Position numbers and translations under genes: made by a program. Shown here one piece after another: positions 25,308 to 34,108 of a DNA stretch of 64,000 nt (positions are counted from its first letter, which is position 1; each line of letters opens with the position of its first letter). The notes beneath the pieces were generated by a model. That model saw only the letters and a program-made list of their open reading frames with translations, was not told the origin of the DNA and did no database searches. The stretch spans positions 19,209 through 83,208 of the forward strand of contig JAFRRD010000027.1 in the NCBI GenBank assembly GCA_017428265.1, read 5' to 3'. The DNA comes from Lachnospiraceae bacterium (lineage in GTDB: Bacteria; Bacillota; Clostridia; Lachnospirales; Lachnospiraceae).

Positions 25308-26067
25308 TCACTGCGTGATCCGGCTGCAGCCGTTAAACCTTGCCAGCCGTCCGACGGCTGCATCAACGGCGGCATTCAGTTTCTTTGTCTGACGGATCCC
25401 CACCTCATACCAGACGTTCTTAATGACGAGCGTTTCCGCTTTTCTGTCTGCTGCGGCTTCGATCCGGCCGGCCATCTTTTCTCCGCAAACCATCGGAAGG
25501 ACATAATAGCCGAATTTTCTTTTTTCGGCCGGCGTATAGATCTCCCACGAATACTGGTAATCCCAGATCGCCTCGATCAGCTTTCTATCCCACAGCATCG
25601 GATCCAGCGGAGCAAGAAACTCAAGGCGGGGCCTCAGGTCAACCGCGTCCGCCAGAACTGCCTCGGCCAAAGGCATGTCCTCCGCCAGGAAATACAGGGG
25701 AAAACAGATCCCTTCCACCGCTGTCTTCCGGATCGCGCCTTCTGCTTCCAGTTCTTCAAATGCCTTATCTCGCTGATCAGGCGTCATCTCAATGCCCAGA
25801 AAAGCATCCGAGCGTCTGTTCCACAGCAGGCCGACCGCTCCGATCCGCCGCCTGATCCGCAAGCGTCTTTCTGGAAAAGCCGCGCACACGGGACTGCAGG
25901 GTCAGTTCGGCGTTTTTCCCGCATACATCCACAGGATCATACTGAATGCAGCCCGCCTGGCGGACATACTGATATGCCCCCTCTTTTCCGGCAAAACGAT
26001 AATGCCCCAGCAATCCCTGTTTGCTGAGGATGAAGCGTCTTGCTTGTTCACGGGTCATGGTTATCAT
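25308..26067 (-). pseudogene. winged-helix DNA glycosylase AlkZ/YcaQ-like gene, disrupted
   Basis: The N-terminal piece (REQARRFILSKQGLLG...CIQYDPVDVCGKNAELTLQSRV) and the C-terminal piece (RRIGAVGLLWNR...YVLP...GRIE) lie in different frames and overlap at 25789-25889. The summed length is about 250 aa, versus about 400 that I recall for the family. Confidence 0.55.
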
Positions 26068-26145
26068 GTTTTAAGCGACCTCACTGACAGCCGTCATATT
26101 GTCCTGACAGATCCGAGTTGTCGGAATGATTTCCCTACAATGTGT

Positions 26146-26154
26146 ATCATAGCA
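26146..26154 (-). promoter_or_regulatory. extended -10 promoter element (TGcTATGAT)
   Basis: Minus strand reads CTGTGCTATGAT upstream of the YcaQ-like start. Confidence 0.35.
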
Positions 26155-26207
26155 CAGGTATGCTGCAGGCGGAAGATGGGATATGCGAAACGCATTATTT
26201 TACAGGC

Positions 26208-26236
26208 TTGCCGACCGTGGCTTTCTGTGCTAAAAA
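26208..26236 (+). promoter_or_regulatory. candidate promoter of the ABC operon
   Basis: TTGCCG-N17 (ending TGc)-TAAAAA lies 48 nt upstream of the ATG at 26284. Confidence 0.35.
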
Positions 26237-26283
26237 AAGAACTGCAGGACTGCGTAATTTGCAGAAAAGGGGGCGTTTTGCCC

Positions 26284-27288
26284 ATGATCGAAGTAAAAGA
26301 ATTGACAAAGGTGTTCCGGAAACCGATCCGCGGAGAGGGCCTGTCCGGGATGGTGAAAACGCTGTTTTCACGGAAATACGAAGAAGTCCGGGCAGTGGAC
26401 GGTATCAGTTTTACTGTGCCCGACGGGGAGATCGTGGGCTATATCGGTGCCAACGGCGCGGGCAAGTCGACGACGATCAAGATGATGTGCGGCATCCTCA
26501 CGCCGACCTCCGGCAGCGTCCTCGTCGACGGGCTGGAGCCCTACCGGAAAAGGCGGCAGGTCGCGCAGAACATCGGCGTCGTCTTCGGGCAGAAGACGCA
26601 GCTCTGGTGGGACATCCCTCTGATCGAGTCGTTCAAGGTGCTCAAGGAGATCTACCAGATCTCCGACGCCGACTACAAGGAACGCATGGCTTTCCTCGGC
26701 GAGGTGCTGGACATCACGCGCTTTCTCTCCCAGCCGGTGCGCACGCTCTCGTTGGGCGAACGCATGCGGGCAGATCTCGCCGCGTCGATGCTCCACAACC
26801 CGCGCATTCTCTTTCTCGACGAACCGACCATAGGGCTGGACGTGTTGGTGAAGGAGAAAATCCGGCAGGCGATCCACGCGCTGAACAGGACCTACGGCAC
26901 GACGGTTGTGTTGACCACGCACGACATGACCGACATTGAGGACCTCTGCTCGCGCATCATCCTGCTTGAAAAGGGGAGCATCCTCTACGACGGCCCGCTG
27001 ACCAGCCTCAAAAACCGCTTCGGCAATCTCAAGACCCTGACGCTGACCGTCCCGGCGGAGATCCGGGCCGAGACCGCGCCCGTGCTCTCGGAAGAGATCG
27101 CCCTCGCCGAGGAGGACGGCCGTCTGGTGCTGCGCTTCGACGCAGATAAGATCGCGCTCGAGCAGGTGATCCAGTATGCCTTCCGCGATCTGCGGGCCAT
27201 GGATATGAAGATCGCCGACATCTCGATCGGCGACGTGGTCAAGACGATCCTCGAGCAACAGGAGGCGGAGCATGCTGAAAAAGTATAA
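26284..27288 (+). CDS. ABC transporter ATP-binding protein
   Basis: Started at MIEVKELTKVF. It has Walker A GANGAGKST, signature LSLGERMR and Walker B ILFLDEPT. The upstream 164 codons of the ORF were rejected. Confidence 0.85.
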   Translation: MIEVKELTKVFRKPIRGEGLSGMVKTLFSRKYEEVRAVDGISFTVPDGEIVGYIGANGAGKSTTIKMMCGILTPTSGSVLVDGLEPYRKRRQVAQNIGVVFGQKTQLWWDIPLIESFKVLKEIYQISDADYKERMAFLGEVLDITRFLSQPVRTLSLGERMRADLAASMLHNPRILFLDEPTIGLDVLVKEKIRQAIHALNRTYGTTVVLTTHDMTDIEDLCSRIILLEKGSILYDGPLTSLKNRFGNLKTLTLTVPAEIRAETAPVLSEEIALAEEDGRLVLRFDADKIALEQVIQYAFRDLRAMDMKIADISIGDVVKTILEQQEAEHAEKV

Positions 27289-28105
27289 ACCCTTCCTCCG
27301 CGCCGGCGCAATCGACACGATGGCCTACCGCTTCAACATCCTGATGTGGGCGCTCATCACGGTGTTCGAGGTGGCCTGTCTGGTCTTTTTGTGGCTGGCG
27401 GTCTACCGGTCGAGCGCGGGCGGTATGGACGCCGAGATCCACGGCTTCACCTACCGCGAGATGATCTCCTACGTTGTGCTGACAACGGTCTTCGGCTTTA
27501 TCACCTTCAACAACGACACGCTGTGGAACATCAACAACGACATCCGAAAAGGCACGGTCGGCAACTACCTCATCAAACCCATCAGCTACCGCGGGAAATT
27601 TGCCGCGACCAGCCTCGGCAGCCTGCTCACGATGACAGTGATGTTCGGCGTACCGTTTTACACCGCTGCGCTGGTGACGCTCCGCGCCCTCGGCTTCCTC
27701 CCGGATCTGAACTTCCCGGGCTTCTTTGCCCATCTGGTACTGTTTCTGATCTCCGGGCTGTGCGCTTCGCTGCTCAACGACGTGATCGCCTACATCTTCG
27801 GTGTGCTGTGCTTTTACACCACCGCCGCCTGGGGCCTGAATTCGCTCAAGACCACGGTGATCTCTTTTCTGTCCGGCACGCTGCTGCCGCTGGCCTTCTT
27901 CCCGGCGGGACTGCGGGAGCTCGTGAGCTGGATGCCTTTCGCAGGCATGAGCCAGAACCCGGTTCTGATCCTGATGATGAAATACGACCTTGCCGAGTCT
28001 CTGCGCTGCGTCGCGCTGTCGACAGCGTGGATCGTCGTGCTGGAGCTGTTCGCGAAGCTCCTGTTCTCGCACGCCGTCCGCAAGGTCACGGTACAGGGGG
28101 GCTGA
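27272..28105 (+). CDS. ABC-2-type transporter permease
   Basis: 277-aa polytopic protein that overlaps the ATPase gene by 17 nt. Confidence 0.7.
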   Translation: MLKKYKPFLRAGAIDTMAYRFNILMWALITVFEVACLVFLWLAVYRSSAGGMDAEIHGFTYREMISYVVLTTVFGFITFNNDTLWNINNDIRKGTVGNYLIKPISYRGKFAATSLGSLLTMTVMFGVPFYTAALVTLRALGFLPDLNFPGFFAHLVLFLISGLCASLLNDVIAYIFGVLCFYTTAAWGLNSLKTTVISFLSGTLLPLAFFPAGLRELVSWMPFAGMSQNPVLILMMKYDLAESLRCVALSTAWIVVLELFAKLLFSHAVRKVTVQGG

Positions 28106-28106
28106 T

Positions 28107-28898
28107 ATGCGCTACGTTCATCTGTATTTCACCTGTATCAAGCGCAGCATGATCTCCCGGCTGGAGTACAAGAAGGACACGGTCGTGGCGCTGTTCTCGT
28201 TCTTCTTCTCCAACTTCTGCTCGCTGGCCGCGATCTATTTCATCCTGCAGGCCATCCCGGCACTGGCGGGCTATTCGCTCTATGAGGTCGGCTTTTTCTA
28301 TGGCTTCTCGATGCTGCCGATCGCGCTCGACCACCTGTTCAGCGACGAATTCTGGCTCGTGGCCTACCGCCGGGTCAAGGAAGGGGACATGGACATGCTC
28401 TTCCTGCGCCCTGTGCCGGTGATGTTCCAGGTCTTTGCCGAGACCTTCCAGCCGGAGGGCTTCGGGGAACTGATCCTTGGTGTGGCACTGATCGCCGTCT
28501 GCTCCGCGAATCTCACGGTCAAGGTTACCTTCGGGGCCGTCGCCGTGCTCTGCGTCGGCGCCGTCTTCGGCGCGGTGATCATCACCTCGCTCAAGGTGGC
28601 GATGGCGGCGCTGGCCTTCATCTTCAAGCGCAGCGGGCCGCTGCTTCAGGTCATTTACAATTTCTCATCCTATGCGAAATACCCGCTGGCTATCTATCCG
28701 GCCCTCGTCAGGGCGCTGCTGATCTTCGTGCTGCCCTTCGGCCTGTTCATTTCGCTGCCGGTCGACACGCTGCTCCACGGTGCGCACAACCCGTGGCTGC
28801 TCTGCGGCGCGATCATCGGCTGTGCCGCCGTATTTTTCGCCCTCGCCGTGTGGGTCTGGACCGCCTGCGAGCGCCGCTATGAATCGACGGGAAGCTGA
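28107..28898 (+). CDS. ABC-2-type transporter permease
   Basis: Started at MRYVHLYFTCIKRS, with the ATG 1 nt after the preceding stop. It is polytopic. Confidence 0.7.
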   Translation: MRYVHLYFTCIKRSMISRLEYKKDTVVALFSFFFSNFCSLAAIYFILQAIPALAGYSLYEVGFFYGFSMLPIALDHLFSDEFWLVAYRRVKEGDMDMLFLRPVPVMFQVFAETFQPEGFGELILGVALIAVCSANLTVKVTFGAVAVLCVGAVFGAVIITSLKVAMAALAFIFKRSGPLLQVIYNFSSYAKYPLAIYPALVRALLIFVLPFGLFISLPVDTLLHGAHNPWLLCGAIIGCAAVFFALAVWVWTACERRYESTGS

Positions 28899-28904
28899 AA
28901 AAAG

Positions 28905-29135
28905 AGAGCCTCGGGGCACCCTCCGCAAGGAAGGTTCCCCGAGGATTTGCCTGCCCTCGTCTGCACCTCATCCGACTTCGCTTTGTTTGGTCACCTTCCC
29001 CTCAAGAGGAAGGCTTGTGGAACATGCCGCCCAAAGGCTTCCCCTCGAGGGGAAGCTGTCAGCCGCAAGGCTGACTGATGAGGTGGTCAACGGATTGCCG
29101 CGCTGCCGTAGGCTCGCAATAACAGCGTTCTCATC
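28905..29135. repeat. nested-palindrome intergenic repeat block
   Basis: It contains CCTCGGGG...CCCCGAGG, CCTTCCCCTCAAGAGGAAGG, the perfect palindrome CTTCCCCTCGAGGGGAAG, TCAGCCGCAAGGCTGA, and the outer pair GCACCTCATC/GATGAGGTG. Confidence 0.6.
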
Positions 29136-29177
29136 AAAAAAATGTTGAGCCAGGATATAACCGGCAAAAAGAACATG

Positions 29178-29211
29178 AAACAGGCGTGACCGCTGCGTTC
29201 ACGCCTGTTTT
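29178..29211. terminator. bidirectional terminator hairpin
   Basis: AAACAGGCGTGA-8 nt-TCACGCCTGTTT. Confidence 0.7.
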
Positions 29212-29305
29212 ATATCTCGGATTTTTGGGTGCAAAATCCGATGCTCGTTATACCTGCGGACAGCACCAGACCTGACCGACAAACAGGAATTCAACGCGCT
29301 CTGTA

Positions 29306-29803
29306 TTACAGCTTCAATACTGCGACGATTTCGTCGCCGTCCATTTCGCCATTTTCCGTAAATCCCAAGGAACGGTATAACTCTCTTGCCACTTCGTTCT
29401 CCGGCTCGTAAGAAAGGGAGCAATACTCAGCTTTTCCGCAGGGCCACGTTCTGATAAAGTCGAGAGCCAGTTTTATCGCTTCTCTGCCGTAACCGCGTTT
29501 TTGATATCGCTTGTCAATCATCAAACGCCAGAGGGAGTAGTTGTTGACAAGTGACTTGGGAGCTTCAACGTCATCCCAGTTTTCATACATCGCAGCCTCG
29601 TTAAAACCGATCATCAGGAACCCAACTGGTCTTTTGTCGTTATAGATGGCAAAGGGAAACGCAGCTGTGGCCGAATTCCGAACACCGTATGCCTGAACGA
29701 TACTTACCCAGTTTGCCGCAACGAAGTTTTTCTGAGATTTGAATACCTTCAGATCAACTATCTCCCATATGTTAGTTGAATCGATTATTTCCAGACGTAT
29801 CAT
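29306..29803 (-). CDS. GNAT-family N-acetyltransferase
   Basis: Started at MIRLEIIDSTN. It has the acetyl-CoA motif RLMIDKRYQKRGYGREA. G+C is visibly lower than in the left flank. Confidence 0.8.
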   Translation of the reverse strand: MIRLEIIDSTNIWEIVDLKVFKSQKNFVAANWVSIVQAYGVRNSATAAFPFAIYNDKRPVGFLMIGFNEAAMYENWDDVEAPKSLVNNYSLWRLMIDKRYQKRGYGREAIKLALDFIRTWPCGKAEYCSLSYEPENEVARELYRSLGFTENGEMDGDEIVAVLKL

Positions 29804-29938
29804 ATCTTTTTTCCTCACACAACTGCGATTTGTATGAATCATTGTACCATTTCTGACTGGCGTGGTCAATGACCTCATGTTCAAGCCCGAAGGAGGCGCT
29901 TCCTTGGGAAGCGCCTCCTTCACGGGCTCTCCTTTTTC

Positions 29939-29958
29939 GCGGAGAAGGGGGGATTGAG
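29939..29958. repeat. degenerate copy of the tRNA-Ser 3' end (old att remnant?)
   Basis: GCGGAGAAGGGGGGATTGAG compared with GCGGAGAAGGAGGGATTTGAA in the tRNA. Confidence 0.35.
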
Positions 29959-30154
29959 CGAAGCGACGAGCCGTGCAGGGTGACAAAGACGGCAACGGGC
30001 CGCTTGCGGACCGATTTGCCGTATGACGTCACCCTATAGGGCGGCCGCCCGGTTGAGCAGCCCGCAGGGCTGCGAATGTGCACGGCTCGTGTGCGAGCCG
30101 CAGCGCGAAGCGCTGCTTCAAAGCCCGACTCTCCGCTCAAAAACCCATAAATAA

Positions 30155-30188
30155 CAAAAAATCCGTGGACGATTCCACGGGTTTTTTG
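30155..30188. terminator. bidirectional terminator hairpin next to the att copy
   Basis: AAAAAATCCGTGGA-CGAT-TCCACGGGTTTTTT. Confidence 0.65.
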
Positions 30189-30189
30189 A

Positions 30190-30210
30190 GCGGAGAAGGA
30201 GGGATTTGAA
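30190..30210. repeat. 21-bp direct repeat of the tRNA-Ser 3' end (att site)
   Basis: GCGGAGAAGGAGGGATTTGAA is identical to 57327-57347. Confidence 0.8.
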
Positions 30211-30405
30211 TCTGTCCAGATTTTCAAAAAACATTGAAAACAGGAGATTTTCGCGCCTTCGTTTAGCTCTGGACTCAAATTTGGACTCAAAAAACGAACA
30301 CAAAACAGAAAAGCAAAAAGAAAAAGCCGGTCAGAAGCACAGGGACATCCCTCCTTCCGACAGGCATTTTCAGTTGTTTTGCTTAAAGTCAAGACGTGCT
30401 TCAAC

Positions 30406-31317
30406 TTACGATTCCGGACGTTTGAACACGTCCGATACGTCCTGGAGAGAAATAAACGCTTTTTTGTCCTTTTTGCCAACGATTGTCTTCAGCTTATTGA
30501 TCTGAAAACGGTTGACGATAAAATAAATGATCTGCTTTTCATCTTTTGAGTAGCCGCCGATAGCGTTGACGATGGTTCCGCCCGCCTTGAACTGTTCGGA
30601 CAGTGCCTCTGTGATCTCCGCCGCCTTATTGGTTACAATCATGGCGCACATCGAACGGTCAAAGCCCTTGACGACATAATCGACTGTCTTTGACCCGATG
30701 GAATAGGTGACGATCGAATACAGCGGCAGGATCCAGCTCTTAATGACGATGCCGCAGATGATATAAAGGGTTGCATTGAAGACCATCACGAACGAACCGA
30801 CCGAGATCCCAATTTCTCCGGCGAAAATGACGGACAGTACGTCGATGCCGTCGATCGCGCCGCCAAAGCGGATCGTCAGACCGCTTCCTATCCCTGAAAT
30901 CAGCCCGCCGAAGACCGCGCACAGCAGAAGATCTGAACCGGCCAGGGGCGAGACGAAATTGACATCGATCGGCAGCACATGCATGATCAGGAACGAAACC
31001 AGCGAATAGACGCCAACGGCAAAGAGGGAATAGAGCGTAAAAAGCAGACCCTGCCTTTTCAGCCCGAAAAGGAAGATGGGGATGTTGAAGATCAGCAGGA
31101 AAAGCGACAACGTCAGCGAGGGCGGCGTAACCTGGTCAAGCAGCATGGACAACCCTGAAATACCGCTGTCATAGAGTTTTACCGGGTATAAAAACAACGT
31201 GACTCCAAATGCATTGACCGTACCTGCAATCAGCAGAAAAATAAAATTGGCCGGCTTGATATCTCGGATCTGTCTTTTGATGATTTCTGCTGCCTTCCGC
31301 GCTTTCTTTTTACTCAT
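30406..31317 (-). CDS. YitT-family membrane protein (with DUF2179-type C-terminal domain)
   Basis: 303 aa. The N-terminus reads ...FIFLLIAGTVNAFGVTLFLYPVKLYDSGISG, which is typical YitT. Confidence 0.75.
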   Translation of the reverse strand: MSKKKARKAAEIIKRQIRDIKPANFIFLLIAGTVNAFGVTLFLYPVKLYDSGISGLSMLLDQVTPPSLTLSLFLLIFNIPIFLFGLKRQGLLFTLYSLFAVGVYSLVSFLIMHVLPIDVNFVSPLAGSDLLLCAVFGGLISGIGSGLTIRFGGAIDGIDVLSVIFAGEIGISVGSFVMVFNATLYIICGIVIKSWILPLYSIVTYSIGSKTVDYVVKGFDRSMCAMIVTNKAAEITEALSEQFKAGGTIVNAIGGYSKDEKQIIYFIVNRFQINKLKTIVGKKDKKAFISLQDVSDVFKRPES

Positions 31318-31410
31318 ACTTATCTCTCCCGCTGTTGGATCAGTAACGCGTATTATACCACAACGATCCTCAGGCCGGAAGCGTGGTCTTTATCCTGCTG
31401 CGCCTTTTAC

Positions 31411-32127
31411 TTACGCCTGCGGCTCCGCCATGCGGTACCCGACGCCGACTTCCGTAAAAATATAGTGCGGTTCGTTGGGATTTTCTTCGATCTTCCGTCG
31501 GATGCTGGCCATATGGACGCGCAGGATCTTGTTGTCCATACCGGAGGCAGGTCCCCATAGTTCCCGCAGCATCATTTTATATGTCAGCACTCTCCCGGGA
31601 TGCCGCCCCAGAAGGCCCACGATCCTGAACTCCTGAGGCGTAAGGCCAGCATCCCGCTCGTTAATGTAAGCTCGCATTTTCTTGTAATCGACAAGCAATC
31701 CGTCGACACGGTACATGTCTGTCAGGGCCAGTTCTTCGTTTTCTGCTGAAGTTCGGGTGTGCCGCAGTGCCGTGCGGATCCTTGCCAGCAGTTCAACGCT
31801 CCCAAAAGGCTTTGTCAGGTAATCGTCGGCCCCCATGTCCAAGGCGTTGGCCTTGTCATTTTCCGTCCCGCGCGCGGAAAGCACAATAATCGGTGTCTGC
31901 GTCCACCCCCTGACGCTCTTAATGATTTCTCCGCCGTCCATATCCGGCAGACCCAGGTCCAACAAAATGCAGTCAGGGCAATGGGACTGAATCATACTGA
32001 GCGCGCTTTTACCGCTTGCCGCCGTCAGCACATCATAAGATGCCGCCTGCAGAGTCTTTTTCAGCGGAAGAACAATCCCCGCGTCGTCTTCGACGATCAG
32101 TATTCTGGCATGGCTATTTTCCGTCAT
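31411..32127 (-). CDS. kdpE: OmpR-family response regulator, KdpE-like
   Basis: ILIVEDD...LLDLGLPDMDG...PIIVLSARGTENDKANALDMGADDYLTKPF followed by a winged-helix domain. It overlaps the kinase gene by 4 nt. Confidence 0.7.
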   Translation of the reverse strand: MTENSHARILIVEDDAGIVLPLKKTLQAASYDVLTAASGKSALSMIQSHCPDCILLDLGLPDMDGGEIIKSVRGWTQTPIIVLSARGTENDKANALDMGADDYLTKPFGSVELLARIRTALRHTRTSAENEELALTDMYRVDGLLVDYKKMRAYINERDAGLTPQEFRIVGLLGRHPGRVLTYKMMLRELWGPASGMDNKILRVHMASIRRKIEENPNEPHYIFTEVGVGYRMAEPQA

Positions 32128-33185
32128 CTGTTTTCTTCCTTTCGCGGCAGACTGAAACCGATTTTGGCGCCGCCGTGTTGCATACTGTTTTCAATATAAA
32201 ACGTACCGCCGTGCGCATGAATAATAGCACGGCAGACAGACAGGCCGATTCCCATATGCCGCTGCTTATCGGAAAGACCAGTCTGCAGGAGAGCCGTCCC
32301 CTCCGAAAGTCTTCTTCTCATAATGAGGGAGAGCCCCGGTCCATTATCTTCCACGTAAATGCTTACTTTATCTTCCTCCGGGTAAATATGCAGCCAGATC
32401 CGGGTGGCGCCATCGGCATGGGCGCTGACATTGTCAAATAAATTGATCAACACCTGCTCGATCAGCGTCCCGTCCATAGGAACAGTTACGATTTCCGACA
32501 CGGCGTCCACTGTGACCGGCAGGGCATTTGCCATACGGCGGTATTTTAGAACTGCACTTCCCACGATTTCTTCCAGCACTTCTTCCCCCTTTCGAATCGA
32601 CGCATTTTCCCCCGCAACACGGGTGACTGACAGCAGGTTTTCCGTGATCCGGATCAGCCAATCCGCATCGCGAGAGATCCCCGCCGCCATTTCCTTTTGC
32701 TCTGCCGGCGGAAGATCCTGCTCCTGCAGCACCGAAGCGGCACCGGTGATCGCGGCAAGAGGCGTCCGGATATCGTGCGCGAGCGCTCGCAGCAGGTCTG
32801 CACGCAGTTTCTCCGCCTCCATTTCCGCACGCAGCTGCTCTTGTTTTTTGATCTGCGTGGTCAGCGCGCTGATGAGAATGGAAACGATCAGCATTGCAGC
32901 GAAAGTCAGCGGGTAGCCGGGGTAGGTCACATTGAACTGCCAGAACGGCCGCGTGAACATATAGTTGACGCAGAAGGTCCCGGCCAGCGAGGCAGTGATC
33001 CCCCAGGCGTAGCCGTCCGTCAACCTGGCGATTACGGCGACAGCCAGGATGAAAAGCGCCATTGCAAAGGGATTGTTGTCGTCATCCACTCGCGCCAGCA
33101 GCAGAGAAAAAAGTACAGCCAAGCCCAGGATCACAATAAAGATCAGTAATTGCAGCAAGAGTTTCCTGATTTGCGTCTTTTTCAT
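32124..33185 (-). CDS. sensor histidine kinase resembling the C-terminal half of KdpD (TM/DUF4118 + HisKA + HATPase)
   Basis: 353 aa with four TM helices, then LLRALAHDIRTPLAAI (H-box) and N/G boxes. There is no N-terminal KdpD/Usp sensor domain. Confidence 0.7.
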   Translation of the reverse strand: MKKTQIRKLLLQLLIFIVILGLAVLFSLLLARVDDDNNPFAMALFILAVAVIARLTDGYAWGITASLAGTFCVNYMFTRPFWQFNVTYPGYPLTFAAMLIVSILISALTTQIKKQEQLRAEMEAEKLRADLLRALAHDIRTPLAAITGAASVLQEQDLPPAEQKEMAAGISRDADWLIRITENLLSVTRVAGENASIRKGEEVLEEIVGSAVLKYRRMANALPVTVDAVSEIVTVPMDGTLIEQVLINLFDNVSAHADGATRIWLHIYPEEDKVSIYVEDNGPGLSLIMRRRLSEGTALLQTGLSDKQRHMGIGLSVCRAIIHAHGGTFYIENSMQHGGAKIGFSLPRKEENR

Positions 33186-33247
33186 ACATCTCCCCGCGGT
33201 CCGTTTTCAGAGCGGCTCCCGTCATTTAGTCATAATAATACAGTTTA

Positions 33248-33256
33248 ATCATAGCA
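33248..33256 (-). promoter_or_regulatory. extended -10 promoter element (TGcTATGAT)
   Basis: Minus strand reads CGTGCTATGAT about 63 nt upstream of the ATG at 33185. Confidence 0.35.
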
Positions 33257-33375
33257 CGAAATCTTTGTGCCGAAGGCGGCGGTGCCATTTCTTTCCGGAT
33301 TCTTAGCAACAAAGCGGCTTATGATATCAAAAGAAGCATATCCATATAAAAAAGAATGAAAAAGGAGGCAAAGCT

Positions 33376-33588
33376 ATGGGATTATTTGGAAACAAAAAGA
33401 AAAATAAAGAGCCGCAATATCAGACTTTCCGCATCTCCATGAATACGAGCGGTAAGGCGGCGGATGGGGCGACCGAGACCCTGATTATTCGGGAAGATTG
33501 TGAGTTCAACGCCATTCGGGCTGCAGAAAAACAGAGGCCTCGCCTGAAAGTCTGCAAATCGGAGAGAATTGACGCCGAAACTGAATGA
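33376..33588 (+). CDS. small hypothetical protein (70 aa)
   Basis: A strong RBS (AAAGGAGG) lies 7 nt upstream of the ATG. No family recognised. Confidence 0.45.
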   Translation: MGLFGNKKKNKEPQYQTFRISMNTSGKAADGATETLIIREDCEFNAIRAAEKQRPRLKVCKSERIDAETE

Positions 33589-33625
33589 CATGTGTCTGTC
33601 AAAATGCAAAACGGAGCGTGACGCG

Positions 33626-33838
33626 ATGAAAACCTTTATTATTCTGGCTTGTTATCTGCTGCTTGCTGTTCTGACGTATCTTTTCCTGCGCCCTAGAGTC
33701 GTAAAATGGGAAATGGGGCAGGTTGACGCGGTTCTGCTCGGTCTGCTCTGGCCGCTGTTTCTCCTGTTCGTCATCGACTGGGGCTTCGGTGATCTGGTCG
33801 ACAAAGCCACCGATAAACTGTTCAGGAAGCAAGCATAG
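33626..33838 (+). CDS. small membrane protein (70 aa)
   Basis: Started at MKTFIILACYLLLAVLTYLF. It has two TM helices. Confidence 0.4.
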   Translation: MKTFIILACYLLLAVLTYLFLRPRVVKWEMGQVDAVLLGLLWPLFLLFVIDWGFGDLVDKATDKLFRKQA

Positions 33839-33870
33839 GAACGCGCCTTGATAAAACCTCTTGCAAAAAC

Positions 33871-33901
33871 AAAAACCCGCGAATGATTTCGCGGGTTTTT
33901 G
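33871..33901. terminator. bidirectional terminator hairpin
   Basis: AAAAACCCGCGAA-TGAT-TTCGCGGGTTTTT. Confidence 0.7.
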
Positions 33902-34044
33902 TTGAGTTGAGAAAGAGGATTGCTCTTGTGCTTCCTTGTGACTCCTTCCCGGTGCTTAACATTTGCCTCCATAAAATTCGGAAACAATGGAACTACTTAG
34001 AATAAAAGGAAGCGCGGAATCTGTCAAATGTGCGATTGGCTGCA

Positions 34045-34084
34045 AACAAAAAGCAGCAAGTTCTTTTGCGGAATCTTGCTGCTT
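34045..34084 (-). terminator. terminator after the SDR gene
   Basis: Minus strand reads AAGCAGCAAG-14 nt-CTTGCTGCTT followed by TTTGTTTG. Confidence 0.5.
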
Positions 34085-34108
34085 CTTGTGAATTTGCCTT
34101 TGGAACAC

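Noticed and set aside
25792-26283. N-terminal 164 codons of the 498-aa ORF preceding the ABC ATPase.
   Set aside because: This stretch is upstream read-through overlapping the YcaQ-like gene and its promoter. The ATPase homology starts at MIEVKELTKVF (26284), with a plausible promoter at 26208-26236.
29889-29922. Strong hairpin GAAGGAGGCGCTTCC-TTGG-GAAGCGCCTCCTTC upstream of the GNAT gene, considered as a regulatory RNA.
   Set aside because: It is a single hairpin with no conserved flanking structure I can recognise. It is more likely a terminator or remnant at the junction with the degenerate att copy.
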